In this document: positions 1-11,100 of the stretch, piece by piece | How the letters are laid out: each line of letters opens with the position of its first letter | Position numbering within the stretch: the stretch's first letter is position 1 | Assembly (NCBI GenBank): GCA_950097015.1 | Contig: CATNEN010000001.1 | Location: 10,726,001 to 10,790,000, forward strand | Length of the DNA stretch: 64,000 nucleotides | Reading direction: 5' to 3' | DNA from: Macrostomum hystrix | Taxonomy: Eukaryota; Animalia; Platyhelminthes | Translations under genes and position numbers: made by a program | The notes under the pieces: model-generated | Told to the model about the DNA's origin: nothing | Databases searched by the model: none | Seen by the model: only the letters and a program-made list of their open reading frames with translations

Positions 1-234
1 AAACATCGATTTAGTTAATTTATCTACAAATATTATATATATTTTTAATAAAAGTGTCTGAGCTTTTGTGTTCTGCTACAAAGTAGGGAAACCGTGAGAC
101 TTTCTGGTATTTTAGGTCTTAATTTGATCCCTTTAATTTAATCCCTTCATGGTCTTCGTTGCACTTGCTGTGGACTAGGATGTCGTCAACATCGGTGACT
201 ACAAACGGCATGTCTCGGAAAGTAGCATCGACGA

Positions 235-345
235 ACCGTTGAAAGGTGCTCGTTGCGTTGCGCAACCTGTATGCAATCCGTAAGGTGTGCATACTGCGGT
301 CTTCTCCGTGTCTTCATCAGCGATTGGCACAAAATGGTACGCTTT
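235..345 (-). pseudogene. Gypsy-type reverse transcriptase fragment
   Basis: ORF 199..540 contains KAYHFVPIADEDTEKTAVCTPYGL, matching the LTR-RT motif 'AYHQIP...D..KTA..TPFGL'. Flanks are degenerate. Confidence 0.65.
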
Positions 346-2460
346 TATCAGATAGTTTACGTCGTTCAGACGACGGCCAACGCCTGACTGCTCTAAAATC
401 ATTACAGTTATACGCTCACACAAGTAAAATATAATAATCTGAGAGTAGTAACATAGTTTTTTATAGACGGACATACAAACGAGGACTGCATTACATTCTA
501 CATACTGAAATACGTTAAACGGAATGTTATACAATGACATACGATTATGCAGAATAGTCGCACTTACTATACTTAAGCTGTAGCATGTAAGCGCATGAAG
601 AGCGCAACTCTTCTATTGGCATGTCACCGGTAGTACCGCTGCTGCGAGAGAACGCATACTAGAAAGAGACCAAACGGTAAATAACGATTTAACTCGCGTT
701 CAACTTGGTATTCGCATGTGGGCTAAAGCGCTTAAAGATACCTACTGAAGCGAAATTCGTCCGCTCTGCGGCTCCGCTAACATCAGGGGTTTCAAGGATG
801 ACTATTTTGCGATCTGGCAGACGAAGTACAAATGAGGCACTGCCTCATTTTGCTGAAAATGCTGATTCTTGCCTTCATTAATCTATTGTTCCTAAAGCGA
901 GCTAAACTACCTTCGAAATCTGGGCACTTCACGCTCTGAAGGTCTGAACCCAGATCGAATCGATTCTTTCATTTGCACGTTTGATGGAAAGCAGTGCAGC
1001 CTTTCCAGTCTGAATCTATCAAGCTCAATTCTTTCGCTCGCGACTTCAAGCGGCAGGGATTTGGTACGAAGTATCTAAAGGACAAAGTTCAAATGCAAAA
1101 TGACAATATACAACACTTTCTACTTCCTAAATTTCTATATTTCTATATTTCTATCTATATTGGTCATGCAATCTCATGCAATCTCATCTCAGCATGTCCA
1201 TCTCACTCTCAGCCTCTGATCTCTCAAAATAGTCAACAGCAGCACTTGCACATGCTATTGCAGGGCTACGACTAGGAGTAGGACTAGCAACATCATTGTT
1301 TTTCCAAGGCAGATGTTGTGCTTTGTTTTTAGATGGTCAACTAATCCTTTGTGGAACCACCTTTGGCAGAAAAAGATTGCTTACAGATCTTGCATCTTGC
1401 TGAATTAGGATGTAGCTTATCAAACTACTTCCAACAGGGAGAAGTCAGCTTGTTATAAGCAGGCATTGAAGATGCTGAAAATGATGGCAATTGGCAAAGA
1501 TGCTGGCTGTGACTACATACAGCACTCAAATTTGCTTTAAAAAACCCAACCTCCACCTATGAATATCCTAAAGTTCAGAACGTTTGTTTACAATGTACTA
1601 AATCCAAATAATACTAAATCTCAGAGATTTATCTCATATATGATATGAATATGACACTATTTTCAAAATAATATAATGAGGATACACTTCAAAAAATATT
1701 TTTATACCAAACATTAAATGTTAACTTAACATTAGTTTATGGTCTTTGAATCCCTAGTTAGTAGTACAAAATATTATAAAATTATATTATACTACATTTT
1801 TCAAAAGGTTATAAGTGTATCATATATGTATAACAATATTAAAGTAAGGATTGAGAATGATTATTTTATAAATCTATATGAATTTTATTAAAAAATAACT
1901 AGCCTTTATTTGCTAATAGACTACTAGTACTACTAAAGAATAGGCCTAGCCTATGTAAACTATAAACTTATAAAGTTGTAATTATACACTTAAAATATTT
2001 TTACAATTAAATTATAAGTGAAAAAACAAGTCTACTGCATCTGAAATCTGCATGTGTCTACATTCTACAATCTACATTAACAAGTCTACAACTACGCTCG
2101 TACGTCTACAATTGCTATTAATTATTGTTATTGCTCTCCATTGCTCGCTTGCTAAGTTGCTACTAGCTGAGTTGCTAAGCTGCTACTTTCTATAATCTAT
2201 AGTCTATCTCTATACCATGCTTGTCTTTTCTATAAACTCACTAAGTCACTAGAACTAGAAGTAGTAATTTAGTATAGTAAAATAGAAATCATAGAATTGT
2301 ATTCATACATTTAAGAATTAATATAATCTTGCTGGAAATAGAATTGGACTTTGTATTTTGGATTGATTGAATCTGAATGAATGAGCTCGACTGGACTGGA
2401 TGAATCGAAAATCAGATTCCGTAATAAAACTTTTACATAAAAAGTTCAAATATAATAATT

Positions 2461-4960
2461 CACCCGACGGCAGAGGTCTAGACGGGGAAAAAGCTTAAAA
2501 TATCTCCCGTCTAGCCTGGAAAAAGCTCGTCTGTTAAGCTTTCTTCTATGGACTAGACCGGAAAAAGCTCATCTGTTTTAACTAACTAGTACTTCAATGC
2601 AGCAAGGCTAGAAATTAAGCGATTTATTGTGTTTTGTTTAACCTGTTAAAAATCCTAAATTTTGAAATACGACTTTGTTTTAAAGTGCTGTTTGAATAAA
2701 AACGAATTTAAAATTCATCAGCACGGGGCTGGCACTGGTATATGATTCATTATCAGGTTTGATGTTACTTGCAGAATTTACAAGCTAGTCAGTTGCTTTA
2801 AAGCTATACATAGATGTGACTTACATTGTATGGTGAAGTTGAAGATTGCTTTTTGTCGAATATGAATTTTCTTGTAATGTAACAGTAAAGCCACTATATT
2901 ACTACTTGCTAGATTAGAAAGTTGTAGTAACAGGTTACAGGAATTAACTATTAACTCAGGTTCTTTAGCTTTATGGGCTTTTTCTGATGTGAAACTTTTG
3001 TTAAGTAGAAATCAAGCTAGGCTATGCCTAGGCACGATATATTTTCTAAACATTTGATCTATTTATCCAATAATGTGCTGATAAAAACTGCATAGTTAGA
3101 ACCTTTTGTTATTATTAATGCTAGTTTATATATATAAATGCTAGCTGTCCAGTCCTCTTAGTTACCCAGCCCTCTAAGCATTTGATCTATTTATCCAATA
3201 ATGGGCTGATAAATACTGCTTAGTTATAGCTTTTTTGTTATTATATATGCTAGTTAGTAGTTTAATATAGGCACTCATTTGCATGGAGAAAATTTATTGA
3301 ATTGTTCTAAAATACCAAATAGCTTTTTATGTTATGATCTAGTCATATTTGTTAATTTAGAGACATTATCTATTTTAGTATTAAAATACATTTTGCAATA
3401 TAAAGTATAACATATATATACCATATATATCCTGTCCTCCTAGCTACCCAGCCCTCTAGTCCTAGATATCCTGCCCCTAGCTGTCCAGTCCTAGCTAACA
3501 ATCTTGCCCCCCTAGCTGGCCAGTCCTAGCTAGCTATCCTGCCCCCTAGATGTCCAGTCCTAGCTAGCTATCCTGCCCCCCCCTAGCTAGCTATCCTGCC
3601 CCCCCTAGCTAGCTATCCTGCCCCCTAGCTGTCCAGTCCTAGCTTGCTTTCCTGCCCACTTAGCTTGCCAGTCCTAGCTAGCAGTCTTGCCCCCCCTAGC
3701 TGGCCAGTCCTAGCTAGCTATCCTGCCCCCTAGCTGTCCAGTCCTAGCTAGCAGTCTTGCCCCCCCCTAGCTGTCCAGTCCTAGCTAGCAATCTTGTCCC
3801 CCCTAGCTGGCCAGTCCTAGCTAGCTATCCTGCCCCCTAGCTGTCCAGTCCTAGCTAGCAGTCTTGCCCCCCTAGCTGTCCAGTCCTAGCTAGCAATCTT
3901 GTCCCCCCTAGCTGGCCAGTCCTAGCTAGCTATCCTGCCACCCCTAGCTAGCTATCCTGCCCCCTAGCTGTCCAGTCCTAGCTAGCCATTTTGCCCCCCC
4001 CCCCCTAGCTGGCCAGTCCTAGCTAGCTATCCTGCCCCCCTAGCTAGCTATCCTGCCCCCTAGCTGTCCAGTCCTAGCTAGCCATCTTGCCCCCCCCCCC
4101 CTAGCTGGCCAGTCCTAGCTCGCTGTCCTGCCCCCTAGCTAGCTATCCTGCCCCCCTAGCTGTCCAGTCCTAGCTAGCCATCTTGCCCCCCCCCCTAGCT
4201 GGCCAGTCCTAGCTAGCTATCCTGCCCCCCCCTAGCTAGCTATCCTGCCCCCCCTAGCTAGCTATCCTGCCCCCTAGCTGTCCAGTCCTAGCTTGCTTTC
4301 CTGCCCACTTAGCTTGCCAGTCCTAGCTAGCAGTCTTGCCCCCCCTAGCTGGCCAGTCCTAGCTAGCTATCCTGCCCCCTAGCTGTCCAGTCCTAGCTAG
4401 CAGTCTTGCCCCCCCCTAGCTGTCCAGTCCTAGCTAGCAATCTTGTCCCCCCTAGCTGGCCAGTCCTAGCTAGCTATCCTGCCCCCTAGCTGTCCAGTCC
4501 TAGCTAGCAGTCTTGCCCCCCTAGCTGTCCAGTCCTAGCTAGCAATCTTGTCCCCCCTAGCTGGCCAGTCCTAGCTAGCTATCCTGCCACCCCTAGCTAG
4601 CTATCCTGCCCCCTAGCTGTCCAGTCCTAGCTAGCCATTTTGCCCCCCCCCCCTAGCTGGCCAGTCCTAGCTAGCTATCCTGCCCCCCTAGCTAGCTATC
4701 CTGCCCCCTAGCTGTCCAGTCCTAGCTAGCCATCTTGCCCCCCCCCCTAGCTGGCCAGTCCTAGCTCGCTGTCCTGCCCCCTAGCTAGCTATCCTGCCCC
4801 CCTAGCTGTCCAGTCCTAGCTAGCCATCTTGCCCCCCCCCCTAGCTGGCCAGTCCTAGCTAGCTATCCTGCCCCCCTAGCTAGCTATCCTGCCCCCCCCC
4901 CTAGCTAGCTATCCTGCCCCCCTAGCTATCCTTTCCCCATAGCTGTCTAGTCCTACGCCA
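2461..4960 (+). repeat. Left terminal inverted repeat (~2.5 kb including minisatellite)
   Basis: 2461-~3110 is nearly identical to the reverse complement of ~24085-24711 (about 3 mismatches seen). Homology continues through ~3430 into the CTAG minisatellite. Confidence 0.9.
3430..4950 (+). repeat. CTAG/C-run minisatellite (CCTAGCTAGCTATCCTGCCCCCTAGCTGTCCAGT variants)
   Basis: Tandem units of ~20-36 bp. A diagnostic variant AGCTTGCTTTCCTGCCCACTT recurs at 3641 and 4290, a ~649-bp higher-order duplication. Confidence 0.95.
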
Positions 4961-5165
4961 CCTTCCTTTCCTCCCAGCTACGCTGCCTCCTTGCTCTCTA
5001 GTCCTTTCAGCTATCCTGCCAAGTACCCTGTACTTCATTCGATTCCTTATCCTTTTGCTTTCTTATCTTATTTATCAGTCCTAGCTCTGCAGTACCTTTT
5101 AATTCTGCAACCTGTTTTGTTATTAGTATCTGTAACCTGCTGGTTTTTCGTTTTAACTTTTGCAG

Positions 5166-8100
5166 ATGGTTCACACTGCGTATTCATCCTTTTTGCAGGA
5201 AAATAAACGATTCGGTAAGATAGTATTCTTCATTGTATGTGCTTTCTTAATCCTTTTTAATTGTGTAAGTAATATAAGAATAAGTTCATGCATTTTTTTC
5301 ATTTTTTTCTTGAAACGGATGTGTATATGTACATGTTTAATGATGTGATTTTAGTTATTTAGCATATCCATGAAGCTGACAAGTCGTTTATACTGTAGCT
5401 AATTGCTCAATTTTTTTAATTGGTTGTTATAAAGCAAAATCCCGAATGTACAGTAAAGGTAATAAAGGTGCATGATATATTTATACTGTTACTTTTCTAT
5501 TTTCAGATCAACAGAAGGAGTTGGCAGCCAGATTCAAGTCTCTCTGTGGCTCGGAAAGACAGCGGCTCGCTGCAAAGGCAGCACAGACTGCCCCCAAGCT
5601 CTCAACGATAGAGAAAATGGTAAACTGCATTTTTTTGCTTGGCGGACTCACTTTTTATCGCTACCACACCTTTTTAATTTGCTATCACACCTATCGAAAA
5701 GTTTAGCTTCGCAAGGACCCATCGTGGAGATTTTTTTTAATTGTGGCCCGTCAGGATAAGCCACCATACTTTTCATGCAGCCCAGAAGATGTAGAACTTC
5801 ATCCATTGGCGCGGCAAGTGTCAGAGGTATGAGCCACGTCTCATTGGTTAATGACCTACGCTTACTCTTGATTAATTAATAATGCTCTGTTTAAAACTAT
5901 TTTTAGAAGCTTATCGGCCATTTGAAAAATCCGCCTAAAAAAAGCATAATGGGTTTGAGAAAGGCCCTTCGCAAGCAGGCTCAGGATGCATATAGTAAGT
6001 TATTTTTCTCTAGCTGGTTTTTGGGCATAGACAGATCCTAGAGAAGATCAAATTTATTTTAGCGTTCAATGTGGCTATGAATAATCTTATTGGTAATTAA
6101 GATGTGTCAGCAGTAAGATTGTAATAGGAAACTACTTTTATTAGGGATTATATTATAGTTAAATAGACAAAACGTGACAAAAGTTGCCACATTTTTTGGA
6201 TTGTTAACATTTTAGATGCAGCAGGGTTTCATGGCCGCGTCCAATGGAAGAAGTTGCCTATAATTGGCCAATTCGAACCATGGTTATGCGATCCTACATG
6301 GATGACAATGGAGTCTATTAAAGCGGCACTTTCGAGCCCTATCGTATTCCATCCATCAAGATCAGGTCTTAGTTTTAGTTCTTACTTCTTACTTAGCTAA
6401 ACTTACTTACTTACTAACTAAACTAAACTAAACTAAACTAAACTAAACTAACTAATAAACTAAACTTACTTCTTAGTTTAGCGCACAATATGAAGTTATT
6501 TCGTTATTTACACTGCTTTACTTTACCGATTTATACGATAAAGGTGATTTTAATTAGTGCAGAGAAGTTTGAGTGCTTTGAAATATCGTCTAGCTGTTTC
6601 CGTTTATTCACTGACTGATTTATCCTTATTTTAAAATCATGACTCAATTTAAACTAGCCGTTTTGTTTAATTTCTTTATTTCTCTCCAGTTCCAATCGAC
6701 GTAAGCGAACCCGAAGGCAACGAAGACCATATCGACCAATCAGAAGACCTTGACTGGCCGAGCTCCGGCGGTCCGCACTTCGGTGTGCCGAGCTCCAGTG
6801 GGCCTAGAGGCGGTGGGCCTAGTGGCGGCGGGCCGAACTCCAGCGGGCCTAGAAGCGGTGGGCCGAACTCCAGCGGGCCTAGAAGCGGTGGGCCTAGTGG
6901 CGGCGGGCCGAACTCCAGCGGGCCTAGAGGCGGTGGGCCTAGTGGCAGCGGGCCGAACTCCAGCGGGCCTAGAAGCGGTGGGCCGAACTCCAGCGGGCCT
7001 AGAAGCGGCGGGCCGAACTCCAGCGGGCCTAGAAGCGGCGGGCCGAACTCCAGCGGGCCTAGAGGCGGTGGGCCTAGTGGCGTCGGGCCGAACTCCAGCG
7101 GGCCTAGAGGCGGCGGGCCGAACTCCAGCGGGCCTAGAGGCGGCGGGCCGAACTCCAGCGGGCCTAGAAGCGGTGGGCCTAGTGGCGGCGGGCCGAACTC
7201 CAGCGGGCCTAGAAGCGGTGGGCCTAGTGGCGGCGGGCCGAACTCCAGCGGGCCTAGAGGCGGTGGGCCTAGTGGCGGCGGGCCGAACTCCAGCGGGCCT
7301 AGAAGCTTGACTTACTTGACTTATCTGCAGGGCGGTCCGACGGACGCAGCGGGGAGGCGGGAGTCGCCCATTCCACTAATCCCTGAAAGACCCGCAATCG
7401 GCCGATGGCGCGGGGCCAGTCAGGGAGGTCCGTGTTCGGTCCTTCCTGCAGCTTGTTCCTCGCTGGGGAAGAAAGAGGCTCGTCTGGTAGCCCTTAGGAA
7501 CCGGACGAGCCGCGGGATGTTCTCGGATCTGCAAACATCGTCCATTGATGGGTTTGGTCCGAGGTGATTGAGCCTCTCTCTGGTGAAGAAAGGGCAGTGG
7601 CAGACGAAGTGCAGGGCATCCTCGTCCTCAAGGTTGCAGAAAGGGCACAGCTCACTCCGGAGGTCTCCACGGAGGAAACAGTGTCTGGCGTAGCAGCCAT
7701 GGCCCGTGAGGGTCATGGTGAGGGCCCGGATGTCCTTCCGGGTCTGGTTCAGAAGGACCTTCCGGAGCCGAGCGGATGGCACTGGAACTGCCGCTTTGGA
7801 TTGGCGGCAGTTAGTGGTGCTCCTCCACCGGGTAAGATGGAGGTTGGCGGTCCAATCATTAATCTGACGATAAATGACGGTGCTCGGAATCGGAGCCGGG
7901 GGGGAGGGGCCCGGCGCAGAGCTGGCTCCTCCCTGCTTGGCCAGGTGGTCAGCAAGCTCGTTACCAGGGAAACCGGCGTGCCCTGGTATCCACTGAAGTC
8001 TGACGGTATTCTTACCGGCCAGGTTATTGAGCTGCCGGACACAGTCGGAGACTGTCCGGGAGGTTGTGGTGGTGTGACAGAGGGCTTGCAGAGCGGCCTG

Positions 8101-11100
8101 ACTGTCCGAGTGAAAGATGATAGTCCTGCCTGAGATGTTTTTCTCATTCAACTCCGCAGCGCAGGAGCTGATGGCCAGGACCTCGTTCTGGAAAACGCTC
8201 GAGGATTTTCCAGTGTGTTGGGCGTGTGTGGCGACAACACGTCCGTTGATAAGGATACAGACCCCGAAGCCAGCGGAGCCATCCTTCATGGATCCGTCCG
8301 TGTAGCAGTGGACCTCCTGGGTGTTCCAGTGGTCGCTAACTTGGTCCCTGGTGGGGATGAGAACCTTAAAGCGCTGAAGGAGGTTGAGCGAGCACGGTTC
8401 ACCGTCCGTAAGGACGTTGATTCCGTTGCTCGCACCCAAGTCTCTCAGGCAAAGGTCCGTGTGCGGCAGGAGCTTTCGCTTCGCTGCCGCTCGTTGGGGG
8501 ACGAAGCGCACACCGGCATCAAGGAGACGCCGGGCGGTTTTTGCCGCCTCCCCGCGGATAAAGATATCGAGCGGGAGGATGTTCAAGAAGGCGTTGAGGC
8601 CATCGAAGGGGGCGGATGGCGGGGCGCTCATGATCGTCCGACATGCGCGACCTTGCACTCTCCGAAGAGTCTCATGGCAGGTCTTAAGCTGAAGGGCACT
8701 AGCCCAGATCAGTCCGGCGTACGAGACAGCCGGCCTGACCATAGCAGTGTAGATCCACCATAGACGTTTGGGGGTGAGACCCCACGTGTTGCCCACCGCC
8801 CTGCGCAGCTGCGCCAGGATCGCAAAGGCCTTTTTGGCTTTGGCATGGACATGAGGAGTCCAGCTGAGCCTGTGATCGAGCGTTATGCCCAGGCATTTGG
8901 TTTGCTTCTGGAAGGTGATGTCCTTTCCATACAGCTGCAGGGGGCGAATATGCCATTTGTTTTTGCTGGTGAACATGATCGCCGCTGTCTTAGACTCGGA
9001 GAGCTTCAGACCGCAGCGAGTTGCCCATCTTTCGGCGTTGTTGATAAAGTTTTGCAGAAGGTCTCGGAGGGCCTCTGGTACCGGGCCAGATGCCACTGCC
9101 GTAACATCATCCGCATAGCCGACCTTTAGGATGGGGTCTGGCTGAGAGTCTCGTAAGAGCTCGTCGATAACCATGTTCCAGAGAACTGGTGAGAGGACGC
9201 CGCCTTGTGGGCAACCTTTGCAGACAGTGACCGTCCGCTGGTGTCCAAGAAGGTGTGCCGTAGCAGTGCGGTGGCGGACCATGTACATGATCCACCTCCT
9301 AAGATGCGAATGCGTGTGCCGCATACGTAGGGCCCTGTCAAACGCCTCGAAGAGAACGTTGTCGAAGGCCCCGTCAATATCCAGGAAGATGCTCAGGGCA
9401 AAGCCGTTCCCGAGGACGGCCTTTTCCAGAGCGTCCACCAGAGCGTGGAGAGCGCTTTCGGTGGAACGTCCCGACCGAAAGGCGTGTTGATTGCCGCTTA
9501 GTGGCATATTTTTCAGCTCCACAGAGAGGAGGCGCCAGAGCACCAATCTCTCCATCAGTTTGACCATGGTGGAGGTAAGGCTAATTGGCCGAAACGATTT
9601 AATGGAATGGTAGTCCGGGCGGCCTGGCTTGGGGATAAAAACCACCCTCGCCTCGGTCCATGCCTTCGGAACATACCCAAGCACAATGCAGGCCTTAAGG
9701 AGCTTGCAAAGATTTGTGAGGAAGCCATGGCATTTTACCGCCTCGCGGATGAAGGCTGGTATAATGCCGTCCGGCCCCGGGGATTTGAAGGGTTTGAAAG
9801 ACTGGGCTGCCTTGGTAACCCGGTCTTCAGTAATGATGGACGTCGCAAGGATATGACCTCCCTCGGTGTGATCCGGGGGGTCTGTCCCTGCTGGCACGCT
9901 GGGGAAAAAGGCTGTGAGCATAGTGTCGAGCGTTTCCCCAGGGTTCTCGGTGGGTCGGCCATCGGCCTTCCTCACCGTCGAAAGCTTGGACATTTTGTCC
10001 AGCGTGAGGGCTTTGACAATTCTGGAGGTGGGGCGAGTGCCCTCAAGCTCCTCACAGTATTGCCGCCACTTGCTGTTTTTGGCGTTTCTGACTTCCTTCT
10101 TGAAGCTATGGATGGCTTCGAGATACGCAGCCTGATCAGCCGGGTTTTTTGTCTTCGTGGCCCTGCGGTGCAGCCGCTTCGCCGTTCGACGGAGCTCGCC
10201 GAGCTGCGGATTCCACCATGGGGCCGAAGTTTTGCCTCTGTAAGCTTTGAGGGGGCAGGAGGCCTCGAAGGCGGTGGTCAGCGAGTTGGTGAGAAACTCA
10301 GCTAGCTCATCCGCTTCATCGCAGGTGTTGGCGGGGGGGCTTAGGTTTCGTTGGGTTCCTTCGAGGTTATGCCTGAAGGCTTCCCAATCGGTATTCCTAG
10401 CGTTCCTTTTCCAAATGATCTGGTTAGTGCAGCGTGCACCCGCCAGTTGGAAAGAGATGTATTTGTGATCGGAGAGGGAGGTCTCCGGCAGAACCTGCCA
10501 CTCCCTAAGGCTCTGGTAAAGCCCAGGTGTGGCTAGAGTGGCGTCGATGACCTCAGACCACCGGCCATTGTCAAAGGTCGGGGTGCTCCCTGTGTTGCAG
10601 AACTCCAGGGACGTGGTTAAGATGTAGGCAAGGAGGTCCTCGCCTCTCGAGTTAATGTCAGAGCTCCCCCAGTGGGTGTGGTGGGCGTTAATATCGCCAG
10701 CCACTATGAGCTCATGGTTTTTGGCAGCGCAGGTTTCAATCAGAGAGATCAGCTCCTCATGGACTGCCGGCCTGTCGCCCGGTAAGTAAACCGAGGCGAT
10801 TAGGACGGTTTTTCCTGGGAGGATGTTCTCCGTCTGGATGACACAGGTGTCCCGATCAGAAAGGTCGGGTCTGTGCCAGGCGTTGAGGGAGTCTCTCACG
10901 AGGATGCACGCCCTGGGAGTTTGGTTCTCCCAGTGACGGCTGTTGTAGAGGCAGTGATACCCATTGGGTACATTTTGAGGCTTTATGAGTCCACGGCTCC
11001 TGGACGAGGATGAGACCCGGCATGTTGAGCTCGACATAGCGCATCAGATTGACGGATGCAGCTATGCAGTGTTGCAGGTTAACCTGCAGGCAGGTGATCC

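Noticed and set aside
6750-7310. Alternative repeat frame ([10 protein letters not shown])n, also 13377..14663
   Set aside because: Splice phase from exon 4 selects the [10 protein letters not shown] frame. The other frame is open only because the repeat lacks stops.
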